Source: Planctomycetota bacterium
Lineage (GTDB): Bacteria; Planctomycetota; MHYJ01; WSZJ01
DNA length: 45,464 nt
Reading direction: 5' to 3'
Assembly (NCBI GenBank): GCA_021413805.1
Contig: JAIOPR010000052.1
Coordinates: 1-45,464 of the forward strand
The notes beneath the pieces were generated by a model. The model was not told the origin of the DNA and did no database searches. It saw nothing but the letters and a program-made list of their open reading frames with translations. The position numbers were made by a program, and so were the translations under genes. Position 1 is the stretch's first letter, and every line of letters starts with the position of its first letter. This document shows, one piece after another, positions 29,438 through 39,224 of this stretch.

Positions 29438-31076
29438 GGCCTTGACCCTCCGTTGGAAGTGAGAAATGGAAGGCGGCGCCCGCCCCGGTCTTGCCTTCCG
29501 CCCAGACGCGGCCGCCATGGCGCAGGATCACGCGCTGGACAAGCGCGAGCCCGACGCCCGTCCCTTCGAACTCTTCGCTGGAATGAAGCCTCTGGAACAC
29601 CCCGAACAGCTTGCTCGCAAACGTTTCGTCGAACCCGACGCCGTTGTCGCGGACAGTCCAGACGGTCTCGCCCTTGTCCTGCCGGGAAGTGAACTCGATG
29701 ACCGCGGACTCCCGCGGCCGCGTGTACTTCACGGCATTGCCGAGGAGATTTGCCAGCACCTGGCGGAGAAGCGCCTGGTCACCCCACGCAGGCGCCAGGT
29801 CCCCGATCCTGAAGTCGATCTTCCTGCCGGCATTCGCCACACGCAACTCGTCGCTGACGGCACACGCAAGGGTCGTCATGTCAACGCGGGAGCGGTTCAA
29901 CTCCGCCCGGCCCATCCGCGAGAAGGCCAGCAGGTCGTCGATCAGCTGCGCCATGCGGCGCGTATTCGTCACCACGACCTCCGTCAGCCGCTTCCCCTCC
30001 GCATCCAGGCTCGCAGAGTGCCGGTCCACGAGGCGGCGTGTAAAACCTTCAATGGCGCGAAGCGGCGCGCGCAGGTCGTGCGAGACGGAGTAGCTGAAGC
30101 TCTCCAGCTCCTTGTTCGCGGCCTCGAGCTGGGCGGTGCGTTCGCTCACGCGCCGCTCGAGCTCCACATTGAGCCGAAGCGCGTCGATCGCAGCCTTCTT
30201 TGCTTCGCTCACGTCCCGTGCCACGGCGTAGATCAGGCGTTCGCTCGGGTACGGCGTTCCCGTCCACGCGAGCCACACGTAGTCGCCGCCTGCGCGCCGG
30301 AAGCGGTTCTCGAAAGAAACCGCGCCGGGCTCCTTCTTGAGCAACTCAAGGGCCTCCCCCGTCGAGGGACGGTCGTCGGGGTGGACAAATTCCAGGAACG
30401 GGCGGCCGGTGACGCGAGCAGGAGTCCATCCCAGGGTTCCTTCCCACGGCGGGTTCCCCTCCCGGATATTGCCGTCAAAGCCTGCGATGCAGATCAAGTC
30501 AGGGGAGAGCGCGAAGAACCGGTTCCGCTGCTCGGTAACCTGCTCCAGCAGCCGGCGGTGCTGGCGGTCCTCCATGCGACGCAGTTGCTCCGCCTGGATC
30601 CTGACCTCCCTCATCGCCCGCGCCAGGTCCACGAACACCGAGACTTTCGAGTGGATCGCCTCCGCGGAGATCGGCTTCATGATGAAATCAGCCGCGCCCA
30701 CGGCGTACGCGTGTTGAAGACTATCGGGCGACGACTCCTCCGCAGTCAGGAAGATGATCGGCGTCGCACGCGACCGCTCCCGCTTCCGGATCATCTCCGC
30801 CGTTTCAAAACCGTTCATCCCCGGCAGGTGCACATCCAGCAGGATCGCCGAGAAGTCGCGGTCCAGGAGACACCGAAGCGCCTCCTCGCCCGACGAAGCC
30901 TTCACGAGCTGGACGTCCAGGTCGCCAAGGATCGCCTCCAGCACCATGAGGTCTTCCGCCCGGTCGTCAACCAGCAGGACGCTGATCCTGGAATCGCGCG
31001 GCGCCTTGGACGCGGGCTGGCGCGTGGCCTCTGACTTGGCCCTGCCCGGGACCGGATTGACACTCTTTCGCGGCAT
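29418..31076 (-). CDS. REC-PAS histidine kinase
   Basis: N-terminal receiver (LLVDD..LLDVHLP..IMKP), PAS (FVHPDD), H-box SYSVSHDLRAPLR and HATPase (DNGVGF, FEGTGVGLA). Confidence 0.93.
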   Translation of the reverse strand: MPRKSVNPVPGRAKSEATRQPASKAPRDSRISVLLVDDRAEDLMVLEAILGDLDVQLVKASSGEEALRCLLDRDFSAILLDVHLPGMNGFETAEMIRKRERSRATPIIFLTAEESSPDSLQHAYAVGAADFIMKPISAEAIHSKVSVFVDLARAMREVRIQAEQLRRMEDRQHRRLLEQVTEQRNRFFALSPDLICIAGFDGNIREGNPPWEGTLGWTPARVTGRPFLEFVHPDDRPSTGEALELLKKEPGAVSFENRFRRAGGDYVWLAWTGTPYPSERLIYAVARDVSEAKKAAIDALRLNVELERRVSERTAQLEAANKELESFSYSVSHDLRAPLRAIEGFTRRLVDRHSASLDAEGKRLTEVVVTNTRRMAQLIDDLLAFSRMGRAELNRSRVDMTTLACAVSDELRVANAGRKIDFRIGDLAPAWGDQALLRQVLANLLGNAVKYTRPRESAVIEFTSRQDKGETVWTVRDNGVGFDETFASKLFGVFQRLHSSEEFEGTGVGLALVQRVILRHGGRVWAEGKTGAGAAFHFSLPTEGQGHAGKPA

Positions 31077-34000
31077 CAGGCCTCCACCCTCTTGCTCTGG
31101 TACATCCAGACCCGGACCAGCGAAAGCAACTGCTCCGTGTCTACCGGTTTCGGGATGTAATCGGAAGCACCCGCTTCAATGCATCGCTCGCGGTCTCCCT
31201 TCATCGCTTTCGCCGTCAGCGCGATGATCGGAAGCGTCTTGAGGTCGTCCTGCATCCGGATCTGCCTCATCGCCTCGTAGCCGTCCATTTCCGGCATCAT
31301 GATGTCCATCAGGACGACGTCCACTCCCCGTCCCCGGCTCTTGAGAAGCTCCACCGCCTCTTTTCCATTCTGCACAAAGGAGGTCTTCAACCCGTGCCGT
31401 TCGAGCACCGACGTGAGGGCAAAGATGTTACGGATGTCGTCGTCCACGATCAGGACGCGGCGATCCGTGATCAGCGGGTCCATCTGGAGCGTGTCGAGGA
31501 GCATCCGCCGCTTATGCTCGGGGAGCGTCGCGGTGACCCGGTGAAGGAACAGGGCGGTTTCGTTGAAAAGCCGCTCCGGGCTGTTCGCGTCCTTCACGAT
31601 GATCGCGCCGGCGTGTTTGCGGAGCTGGGACTCCTCTTTCCGCGAGAGGGACTTCCCTGTGTAGACGACGATCGGGAGGTGCCCCAGGCCGGGATTCTCG
31701 CGGATCTTCCCGAGCAGTTCGAACCCGGACATGTCGGGGAGCCGCAGGTCGAGGACCATGCAGTCGAAAGGCTTCGACTCGAGGGCCTGGAGCGCATCGC
31801 CCCCGGTGCCAACGGCCGTGATTTCCACATCCTTGCCGCCGAGCATCTCGGAGAGCCCGCGCCGCTGGGCTTCGTCGTCTTCCAGGACGAGGAGGTGCTT
31901 CACCGGCTTGTCGATGAACTTCCGGAGCCGCGTGAGCGCCTCCCCGATCGCCTCGCGTGACACGGGCTTCTGCAGGAATGAGAACGCCCCGAGCTTGAGG
32001 CCCCGCTCGCGGTTGTCATCCGCCGTGACGATCTGGACCGGGATGTGGCGCGTCTCCGGGTCGTGTTTGAGGCAGTCGAGGAGCGCCCAGCCGTCCATGT
32101 CCGGCATGCGCATGTCCATCATGAGCGCATCGGGCTTGAATTTCCTGGCCATCTGCAGGCCGATCTCGCCTCCCGTCGCAATCAGGCCCTTGAATCCGTT
32201 TTCATGCGCCAGGTCGAGAAGGACATGGGAGAACGTGTAGTCGTCCTCGACGATCAACACAACCTTGTCCCCCGGCTGCGTCGCTCCACGGTCGTCGTGC
32301 ACTTCCCGCAGCAACGAGTTCACCGGGGACGAATCCACCGCTTCCGTCGCACGGGGAGTGACAGGCCGCCCGGCCACGGTGGTGTATTCCTGCAGGGTGT
32401 GCGATCCATCCCTCGACGCGCGGGACTTGACCGGGGCGAAGTCGAGGGGAAGGTAGAGGGTAAAGGTACTTCCTTCCCGCACCTTGCTCGTGAGCCCGAT
32501 CTCGCCGCCGAGCATCTTGGCGATTTCGCGGCTGATCGAGAGGCCGAGGCCGGTGCCTCCGTATTTGCGGCTCGTCGTCATGTCGGCCTGCTGGAAAGGC
32601 TCGAAGATGATCTGCTGCTTGTCCTCGGGGATGCCGATCCCGGTGTCGGTGACCGAGAAGGCGATGACCGTCTCCGCGCTGTTGAGAATCGGGTGGTCCT
32701 GGCTCCAGCCTGACTGCGCCACCGTCATCCGCAGAGAAACACCGCCCTTCTGCGTGAACTTGAAAGCGTTCGACAGGAGGTTCCTCAACACCTGCTGCAG
32801 CCGCTTCGAATCCGTCTGCATCGCGGAAGGAAGCGCCGGGTCCAGCTGCATCGCAAAGTCGAGCTTCTTGTTCTGCGCGATCGGCCGGAAGCTGGGCTCG
32901 TTGTCAGCCAGGATGTCCTTGAACGACAAGGTTGCGATTTCGAGCGCCATCGTCCCGGACTCGATTTTCGACAGGTCCAGGATGTCGTTGATGAGGCTGA
33001 GGAGGTCGGAGCCCGACCCGTGAATCGCGCGCCCGAACTCGACCTGCTTCGGCGTCAGGTTTCCTTCCGGGTTCTCGTAGAGCATCTTCGCCAGGATCAG
33101 CAGTGAATTCAGCGGCGTCCGGAGCTCGTGCGACATGTTCGCGAGGAATTCCGACTTGTACTTCGACGTCAGCGCGAGCTGCTCGGCCTTTTCCTCGATT
33201 TCCGCGTTCGTCTGCTGGAGTTCCTGCGTCAGGGCCTGCGACTTCTTGAGAAGCGCCTCAGTGTTCATCGTCGCGGCGATCGTGTTGAGCACGATGCCGA
33301 TCGATTCGGTGAGCTGGTCGAGGAAGTGAAGGTGCGTCTCGTTGAAGCTCTTGAAGGACCCTAGCTCGATGACGGCGCGGACCTGGGACTCGAAGAGCAC
33401 GGGGAGGACGACGATGTTGGACGGGGTCGCGTTCCCGAGGCCGGAAGAGACCCGGACGTAGTTGTCGGGGACGCGGTCGAGCAGGATCCGTTTCTTTTCG
33501 ATCGCGCACTGGCCGACGAGCCCGTCGCCGACGTTGAAGCGGGTGGGCAGGTCTTCGCGGGCGGAGTAGCCGTATCCGGAGACGAGGTTCAGCGCGGAAC
33601 CGTCGTTGGATTCATCGAGGGCATAGAAGACGGAGTGCTGGGCGCCGACGAGGGGCGCGAGTTCCGAGAGGATCTGGCGGGAAACGGACTCGAGGTCGCG
33701 CTGGCCCTGGAGCATGCGGGTGAACTTGGCGAGGTTGGTCTTGAGCCAGTCCTGCTCCGCGTTCTTCTGCGTGGTTTCGCGGAGGTTGCGGATCATTTCG
33801 TTCAGGTTGACCTTGAGGTTTTCGACTTCGCCGGCGGCCTCGACCGTGATGGACCGGGTCAGGTCGCCCTTCGTGACCGCGGTGGCGACGTCGGCGATCG
33901 CGCGCACCTGGGTGGTGAGGTTGGCCGCGAGTTGGTTTACGTTGTCGGTGAGGTCGCGCCAGATGCCGGTGGCGCCGGGAACGCGGGCCTGGCCGCCGAG

Positions 34001-36442
34001 GCGTCCCTCGACGCCGACTTCGCGAGCCACCGTCGTCACCTGGTCTGCGAACGTTGCCAGCGTGTCGATCATGTCGTTGATGGTGTCGGCCAGCGTCGCG
34101 ATTTCGCCGCGCGCCTCGAGGGACAGCTTGCGCTGAAGCTCGCCCTTGGCGACGGCAGTCACGACGACGGCGATTCGGCGCACCTGGGTCGTGAGGTTGG
34201 ACGCCATGAAATTCACGCTGTCGGTCAGGTCCTTCCAGACGCCGGCCACGCCCTTCACCTGCGCCTGTCCGCCCAGCTTCCCTTCCGTGCCGACCTCGCG
34301 CGCCACGCGCGTCACTTCGCCGGCGAACGCGTTCAGCTGGTCCACCATCGTGTTGATCGTGTCTTTCAGCTGCAGGATTTCGCCTTCGACCTTGACCGTG
34401 ATCTTGCGGGAGAGGTCGCCTCGCGCCACGGCGGTCGTGACGTCCGCGATGTTGCGCACCTGGGACGTCAGGTTCGACGCCATGAAATTCACGTTGTCGG
34501 TCAGGTCCTTCCAGACGCCGCCGACGCCGCGCACCTGCGCCTGGCCTCCCAGTTTTCCTTCCGTGCCGACTTCGCGCGCCACGCGCGTCACTTCACTCGC
34601 GAACGCGTTCAGGCGGTCCACCATCGTGTTGATCGTGTCCTTCAACTGCAGGATTTCGCCCTTCACCTCGACCGTGATCTTGCGGGAAAGGTCGCCGCGA
34701 GCGACGGCGGTCGTCACGTCGGCGATGTTGCGCACCTGCGACGTCAGGTTCGATGCCATCGAGTTCACGTTGTCCGTCAGGTCCTTCCACACGCCGGCCA
34801 CGCCTTTCACTTCTGCCTGGCCTCCCAGCTTTCCTTCCGTGCCGACTTCGCGCGCCACGCGCGTCACTTCGCCCGCAAATGCGTTGAGCTGGTCCACCAT
34901 CGTGTTGATCGTGTCCTTCAGCCGCAGGATTTCGCCCTTCACCTCGACCGTGATCTTCTTGGACAGGTCACCCTTTGCCACGGCCGTCGTCACGTCGGCG
35001 ATGTTGCGCACCTGCGAGGTGAGGTTGCCGGCCATCGAGTTCACGTTGTCCGTCAGGTCTTTCCAGACGCCGGCGACGCCTTTCACCTGCGCCTGGCCGC
35101 CCAGCTTCCCGTCCGTGCCGACTTCGCGCGCCACACGGGTCACCTCGCCTGCGAACCCGTTCAGCTGGTCCACCATCGTGTTGACCGTGTTCTTGAGCTG
35201 CAGGATTTCGCCCTTCACCGCGACCGTGATCTTCTTCGAGAGGTCGCCCTTGGCCACCGCCGTCGTGACTTCCGCGATATTGCGCACCTGGCTGGTCAAG
35301 TTCACGGCCATGAAATTGACGTTGTCGGTCAGGTCCTTCCAGACGCCGGCCACACCCCGCACCTGCGCCTGCCCGCCGAGCTTTCCTTCCGTGCCGACTT
35401 CGCGCGCCACGCGCGTCACTTCGCCCGCGAACGCGTTCAGCTGGTCAACGAGCGTGTTGATCGTGTCCTTCAGCTGAAGAATTTCTCCTTCGCCTTTCAC
35501 CGTGATTTTGCGCGACAAGTCGCCCTTGGCTACGGCCGTCGTCACGTCGGCAATGTTGCGCACCTGGCTCGTCAGGTTGCCGGCCATGAAGTTCACGTTG
35601 TCCGTCAGGTCCTTCCACACGCCGGCCACGCCTTTCACCTGCGCCTGGCCGCCCAGTTTTCCTTCCGTGCCGACTTCGCGCGCCACGCGCGTCACTTCAC
35701 CCGCGAACCCGTTCAACTGGTCCACCATCGTGTTGATCGTGTTCTTCAGCTGCAGAATTTCGCCCTTCACCTCGACCGTGATCTTCTTCGACAGGTCGCC
35801 CTTCGCCACGGCCGTCGTCACGTCCGCGATGTTTCGCACCTGCGATGTCAAATTCCCGGCCATCGAGTTCACGTTATCCGTCAGGTCCTTCCAGACGCCG
35901 GCCACGCCTTCCACCTGCGCCTGCCCGCCCAGCTTTCCCTCGGTGCCTACTTCGCGCGCGACACGCGTCACTTCCGAAGCGAATGACCCCAGCTGGGACA
36001 CCATCGTGTTCACCGTGCGCGCCATCTGCAGGAACGACCCCCGCACCGGCTTGCCCTCGATCTGCGTCGGCATTTTCTGCGAGAGGTTCCCGTTCGCGAC
36101 CGACCCGATCACGCGCGCCACCTCGTTCGTCGGCCGCACCAGGTCGCCGATCAGTGAGTTCGCGGCGTTCACTGTCTTCAGCCAGGATCCGGAAGAGCCG
36201 CGAAGCGCGGCGCGTTCCGAGAGCTTTCCTTCCTTACCGACCACCCGGCTCACCCGCTGGAACTCCTCCGCCATCCGTTCGTTCTGCCGGATGATCGCGT
36301 TGAGGGTCCGGGCGATTTCACGGCCGGGCCCTCCGCGAGGAACCCGGCAGCGCGTCGCAAAATTGCCCCTTTTGACGGACCGGAGGGTCAAGAGGAGATC
36401 CGGGACGTTGAGAGGATCTCGAACCTTGGTGGCCTGTCTCAC
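31076..36442 (-). CDS. poly-HAMP hybrid histidine kinase (OsaA / fungal group III NIK1-like): HAMP array-GAF-HisKA-HATPase-3xREC
   Basis: 92-aa [11 protein letters not shown] repeats, H-box [20 protein letters not shown] and three receivers. GTG start with TAAGGAG RBS. Confidence 0.95.
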   Translation of the reverse strand: MRQATKVRDPLNVPDLLLTLRSVKRGNFATRCRVPRGGPGREIARTLNAIIRQNERMAEEFQRVSRVVGKEGKLSERAALRGSSGSWLKTVNAANSLIGDLVRPTNEVARVIGSVANGNLSQKMPTQIEGKPVRGSFLQMARTVNTMVSQLGSFASEVTRVAREVGTEGKLGGQAQVEGVAGVWKDLTDNVNSMAGNLTSQVRNIADVTTAVAKGDLSKKITVEVKGEILQLKNTINTMVDQLNGFAGEVTRVAREVGTEGKLGGQAQVKGVAGVWKDLTDNVNFMAGNLTSQVRNIADVTTAVAKGDLSRKITVKGEGEILQLKDTINTLVDQLNAFAGEVTRVAREVGTEGKLGGQAQVRGVAGVWKDLTDNVNFMAVNLTSQVRNIAEVTTAVAKGDLSKKITVAVKGEILQLKNTVNTMVDQLNGFAGEVTRVAREVGTDGKLGGQAQVKGVAGVWKDLTDNVNSMAGNLTSQVRNIADVTTAVAKGDLSKKITVEVKGEILRLKDTINTMVDQLNAFAGEVTRVAREVGTEGKLGGQAEVKGVAGVWKDLTDNVNSMASNLTSQVRNIADVTTAVARGDLSRKITVEVKGEILQLKDTINTMVDRLNAFASEVTRVAREVGTEGKLGGQAQVRGVGGVWKDLTDNVNFMASNLTSQVRNIADVTTAVARGDLSRKITVKVEGEILQLKDTINTMVDQLNAFAGEVTRVAREVGTEGKLGGQAQVKGVAGVWKDLTDSVNFMASNLTTQVRRIAVVVTAVAKGELQRKLSLEARGEIATLADTINDMIDTLATFADQVTTVAREVGVEGRLGGQARVPGATGIWRDLTDNVNQLAANLTTQVRAIADVATAVTKGDLTRSITVEAAGEVENLKVNLNEMIRNLRETTQKNAEQDWLKTNLAKFTRMLQGQRDLESVSRQILSELAPLVGAQHSVFYALDESNDGSALNLVSGYGYSAREDLPTRFNVGDGLVGQCAIEKKRILLDRVPDNYVRVSSGLGNATPSNIVVLPVLFESQVRAVIELGSFKSFNETHLHFLDQLTESIGIVLNTIAATMNTEALLKKSQALTQELQQTNAEIEEKAEQLALTSKYKSEFLANMSHELRTPLNSLLILAKMLYENPEGNLTPKQVEFGRAIHGSGSDLLSLINDILDLSKIESGTMALEIATLSFKDILADNEPSFRPIAQNKKLDFAMQLDPALPSAMQTDSKRLQQVLRNLLSNAFKFTQKGGVSLRMTVAQSGWSQDHPILNSAETVIAFSVTDTGIGIPEDKQQIIFEPFQQADMTTSRKYGGTGLGLSISREIAKMLGGEIGLTSKVREGSTFTLYLPLDFAPVKSRASRDGSHTLQEYTTVAGRPVTPRATEAVDSSPVNSLLREVHDDRGATQPGDKVVLIVEDDYTFSHVLLDLAHENGFKGLIATGGEIGLQMARKFKPDALMMDMRMPDMDGWALLDCLKHDPETRHIPVQIVTADDNRERGLKLGAFSFLQKPVSREAIGEALTRLRKFIDKPVKHLLVLEDDEAQRRGLSEMLGGKDVEITAVGTGGDALQALESKPFDCMVLDLRLPDMSGFELLGKIRENPGLGHLPIVVYTGKSLSRKEESQLRKHAGAIIVKDANSPERLFNETALFLHRVTATLPEHKRRMLLDTLQMDPLITDRRVLIVDDDIRNIFALTSVLERHGLKTSFVQNGKEAVELLKSRGRGVDVVLMDIMMPEMDGYEAMRQIRMQDDLKTLPIIALTAKAMKGDRERCIEAGASDYIPKPVDTEQLLSLVRVWMYQSKRVEA
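33780..36250 (-). repeat. intragenic tandem repeat, 276-bp unit, about 9 copies (7 well conserved)
   Basis: The VWKDLTD-coding motif recurs every 276 bp (e.g. 34229, 34505, 34781, 35057, 35333, 35609, 35885). Outer boundaries are approximate. Confidence 0.9.
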
Positions 36443-36845
36443 AGGAAACTCCTTAGGGAGTGCGGGGAGGCGGGAGGGCGGACATGATCGAAGCCGGGGT
36501 GGATGACGGGGCTCCGTGGCCGGAGGCCGGGTGTGCGATTCCGCTGTGAAGCGGAGGCACGACTCGTTCTGCTGCCGACGGGGGTCGGTCGAGCAATGGG
36601 GCGCCGCCAGGAAGGGGGCGCCGGGGTTCCCGGGTTCGCAAGGAGTATAACCGACGCACTGGAATTGTGTCCGCGGGGGCGCTCAAGAAAATCAGGGGGT
36701 TTTGAAGACGACATCGGGAGGACCAGTTCGTAGCTCCCCGCGGCCGTCCTTCCCCGATCAGCCGGACAAGAATGGTTTCCAGGATGGGTGTCTCCATTCG
36801 CGATCCGGGGATTCCGCCGGAAATTCGGCGGCGTGAAGCAGCGAA

Positions 36846-36861
36846 AGCAAGGCGCGTGCCG
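36846..36861 (-). promoter_or_regulatory. sigma54 -24/-12 promoter
   Basis: Minus strand CGGCAC-GCGCC-TTGCT, about 400 bp upstream of the poly-HAMP kinase start. Confidence 0.75.
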
Positions 36862-36973
36862 CCGAGTTTGCGGGCTACGCAGAGCCTGTTCCCGGGCAAT
36901 GGCTCTCGAATCCCGGGAATAGTTGCCGATGTTTGTGTTTCGTTCCCCCCGGGCGGCAGGCGCATGGCACACC

Positions 36974-37405
36974 TCAGCACCCGAGCAGGATCGGCGGTTT
37001 TCCAAATCTCTTCCGCAGCCTGTTGATGCGTCCCTGGACGCTCGGGCGCTTGAGCAGCTTCCGCTGCAACTTTCGCTTGGACGGGAAATCCGTGATTGAG
37101 AACCCGATCAGGAAGAGAAGCGTGCCCGGAAAAGGGACGCCCGGGATCGCGAGGATGAGTCCGACGATGGCCAGGAGGAATCCACAGATGTTCCTGGTCC
37201 AATAAGTGATTTTTCCCCGCACGCCGACCCGCGGCGTGGGCGCATGCCGCTTCAGCGAAAGATAATCCGCGGGCATGAGGACGATGAAGAGGGCGCACAG
37301 GGCGAAGCTGCCCATCACCGTGAGCACGGCCACGAGCAGAACGGAAGCGAACCCTTCCGCTGAGAGGCCGACGTACCCTGCCATCGAATTGAAGATCTGT
37401 TTCAT
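36974..37405 (-). CDS. PGPGW-family small membrane protein
   Basis: TM segments, IPGVPFPGTLLFLIG..DFPSKRKL and INRLRKRFGKPP. Confidence 0.75.
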   Translation of the reverse strand: MKQIFNSMAGYVGLSAEGFASVLLVAVLTVMGSFALCALFIVLMPADYLSLKRHAPTPRVGVRGKITYWTRNICGFLLAIVGLILAIPGVPFPGTLLFLIGFSITDFPSKRKLQRKLLKRPSVQGRINRLRKRFGKPPILLGC

Positions 37406-37467
37406 GGCTATGCCTCAACCTGAGGTTTCGATCCCATGGTGCTTTCACTCGAGGGCAATCATTCGTT

Positions 37468-37483
37468 TGCAACGACCATGCCG
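37468..37483 (-). promoter_or_regulatory. sigma54 -24/-12 promoter
   Basis: Minus strand CGGCAT-GGTCG-TTGCA. Confidence 0.75.
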
Positions 37484-37602
37484 CTTCCGGGCGAACGGAA
37501 GCCGGATTCATCCTCGCGGGCATCGGCGGTAGCGCATACCCGAGGCGGTAGCAATGACCGGCGGGGGTGCGGCGCAATTCGATCGGCGGCCTGTATGCGG
37601 GC

Positions 37603-37618
37603 GGGCACTTGTTTTGCT
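37603..37618 (+). promoter_or_regulatory. sigma54 -24/-12 promoter
   Basis: GGGCAC-TTGTT-TTGCT upstream of the DUF1328 gene. Confidence 0.75.
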
Positions 37619-37725
37619 TCCTTCACACGCCGGCACTGCTGATTCCGCACGCGCGGCGCGGAAAAGGTTTCCAACCCTCCCCGTTGAAGCGCTCAAGTCA
37701 CGGGGACAAATAAACGGAGGTTCCC

Positions 37726-37911
37726 ATGCTGTACTGGTCCCTGGTTTTCTTCATCGTCGCCATCGTTGCGGCCGTCTTCGGATTCGGAGGCATCGCCGCT
37801 GGTGCCGCGGGAATCGCGAAGATCCTGTTCTTCTTCTTCGTGGTCATCTTCCTCGTGTCATTGATCTGGGGCCTCCTCAACGGCCCGCGGTCCCGTCCCC
37901 CGGCTGTTTAG
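37726..37911 (+). CDS. DUF1328 (YtjA/UPF0391) small membrane protein
   Basis: [44 protein letters not shown]. Confidence 0.95.
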   Translation: MLYWSLVFFIVAIVAAVFGFGGIAAGAAGIAKILFFFFVVIFLVSLIWGLLNGPRSRPPAV

Positions 37912-37972
37912 TATCGCGATTCGCGCGCAGCTACGTGACTTGGGCCGGGTTTGCGATGAGTCAGGTATGGTC

Positions 37973-38007
37973 CCGGGGGGGTGCAGCCGAAGGTCGCACC
38001 CCCCCGG
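37973..38007. terminator. 12-bp stem-loop between convergent genes, putative terminator
   Basis: CCGGGGGGGTGC-N11-GCACCCCCCCGG. No clear U-tract. Confidence 0.55.
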
Positions 38008-38026
38008 AATCACGCGTTTCGAACCA

Positions 38027-38920
38027 CTACGCTCCCCTGCCCGCGACCGTTTCACTTCCGCGGCCTCGTTCTCCCCGAACGACCAGCACGGGGGACTTCA
38101 ATTCGCGAAGCACCTTCTCCGCGACGCTGCCCGCCACCGGCCTCGACACGCCCTTTCGCCCCTGCGTCGCCATCGCGACCAGGTCGGCGTCGTGGGTGCG
38201 ACTGGCGTCGAGAATTTCGGAAGCGGGGTCGCCGAGGCGAAACAGGGGATCGACGGCGATGTGGTCGTGGGAGAGCGCATCGACCGCGACCCGCACAAGG
38301 GGGTCCCCCTTGCAGCTTGAACGCCGTCCGGCTGGCTCGACGACGCCGAGCACAATCACGCTGGCGCCGAAGGCGCCCGCCAGGGACCGGACGTGGGGCA
38401 GGGCCGCGAGCGAATTCCCGGTGCCGAGGACCGGCATCAGGATCCTCCGGATCGGGACCTCGTGGGCCGAGGTCCGGGCGGCACCAGCGGCGACCTGCTC
38501 GAAAGATCTCAGGATGAGAACGGGAATCTCGCTCTTCCGCAGCACCTGCTCCGTCACGCTCCCGAAGACGCAATGTGAGCGGCCGGTGCGGCCATGCGTG
38601 GCCATGGCAATGAGGGTCGCGCCCTCGTCCCGGGCCACTTCCAGGATTCCACCGGCTTCCCGGCCCACGTGCACGACCCCAAGCACCCTCACGCTGTTCT
38701 TTCGAAGCTCGCGCGCCAGCGCCGAGAGGTAGCGCTCCGCTTCGGCTTTTGTGTCCCGAAGGCTGAAAGGAGCGCTGCCAGGGCGAGGGTGCAATGGGAC
38801 CGGGATGGCGCGCATGAGAATCAGGGTGGCGCCCCGGGTGCGGATCAGGTGGACAACCGGGCCGAGAATGGCCTCGGCTATTTCGGAGCCGTCAAGCGGT
38901 ACCAGAATGCGACGGAGCAT
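38027..38920 (-). CDS. tandem-domain universal stress protein
   Basis: RRILVPLDGS, LIAMATHGRTG..FGSVTEQVLR, and a second domain LVAMATQGRKG..GSVAEKVLR. Confidence 0.93.
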   Translation of the reverse strand: MLRRILVPLDGSEIAEAILGPVVHLIRTRGATLILMRAIPVPLHPRPGSAPFSLRDTKAEAERYLSALARELRKNSVRVLGVVHVGREAGGILEVARDEGATLIAMATHGRTGRSHCVFGSVTEQVLRKSEIPVLILRSFEQVAAGAARTSAHEVPIRRILMPVLGTGNSLAALPHVRSLAGAFGASVIVLGVVEPAGRRSSCKGDPLVRVAVDALSHDHIAVDPLFRLGDPASEILDASRTHDADLVAMATQGRKGVSRPVAGSVAEKVLRELKSPVLVVRGERGRGSETVAGRGA

Positions 38921-38959
38921 GGGGTGGGCCTCAAGGGTGGCCGATCGCAGCTTCTGATC

Positions 38960-38975
38960 TGCATACCGTGTGCCC
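38960..38975 (-). promoter_or_regulatory. sigma54 -24/-12 promoter (usp)
   Basis: Minus strand GGGCAC-ACGGT-ATGCA, 40 bp upstream of ATG 38920. Confidence 0.65.
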
Positions 38976-39125
38976 CTTGAAAAGCATCCACGGACCGGCC
39001 GGAATACGTCATCGCGGGGAGGAGCACGCCGGGAGCCCGGCCAATTCGCCCGCATCCTCCTGCAACAATTCCCGCCGCGCGTACTTCTTGCAGGCCCCAC
39101 CGGATCGCAGCCCGACGGAACCCTC

Positions 39126-39141
39126 GGGCATAGGTGTTGCA
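39126..39141 (+). promoter_or_regulatory. sigma54 -24/-12 promoter (PAS kinase operon)
   Basis: GGGCAT-AGGTG-TTGCA. Confidence 0.75.
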
Positions 39142-39224
39142 AAAGGAATAGCGTCCGCGGCCTCGACACCCGGAAACGTGAGCATTTCTGCCGGACTCGT
39201 GGCGGTGAAAGGAGGGACGCACGA

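Noticed and set aside
33780-36250. Regular repeats that might be taken for a CRISPR array
   Set aside because: They are in-frame 276-bp coding HAMP units with no unique spacers and no cas genes.
36443-36460. GGAAACTCCTTAGGG resembling the NarL-box candidate
   Set aside because: Explained by the RBS (TAAGGAG) and start of the kinase gene on the minus strand.
33635-36506. Long plus-strand ORFs (783, 443 and 334 aa) and similar antisense ORFs elsewhere (e.g. 4154-5599, 29466-31034, 39009-41141)
   Set aside because: Shadow frames of real genes in GC-rich DNA, with no motifs of their own.
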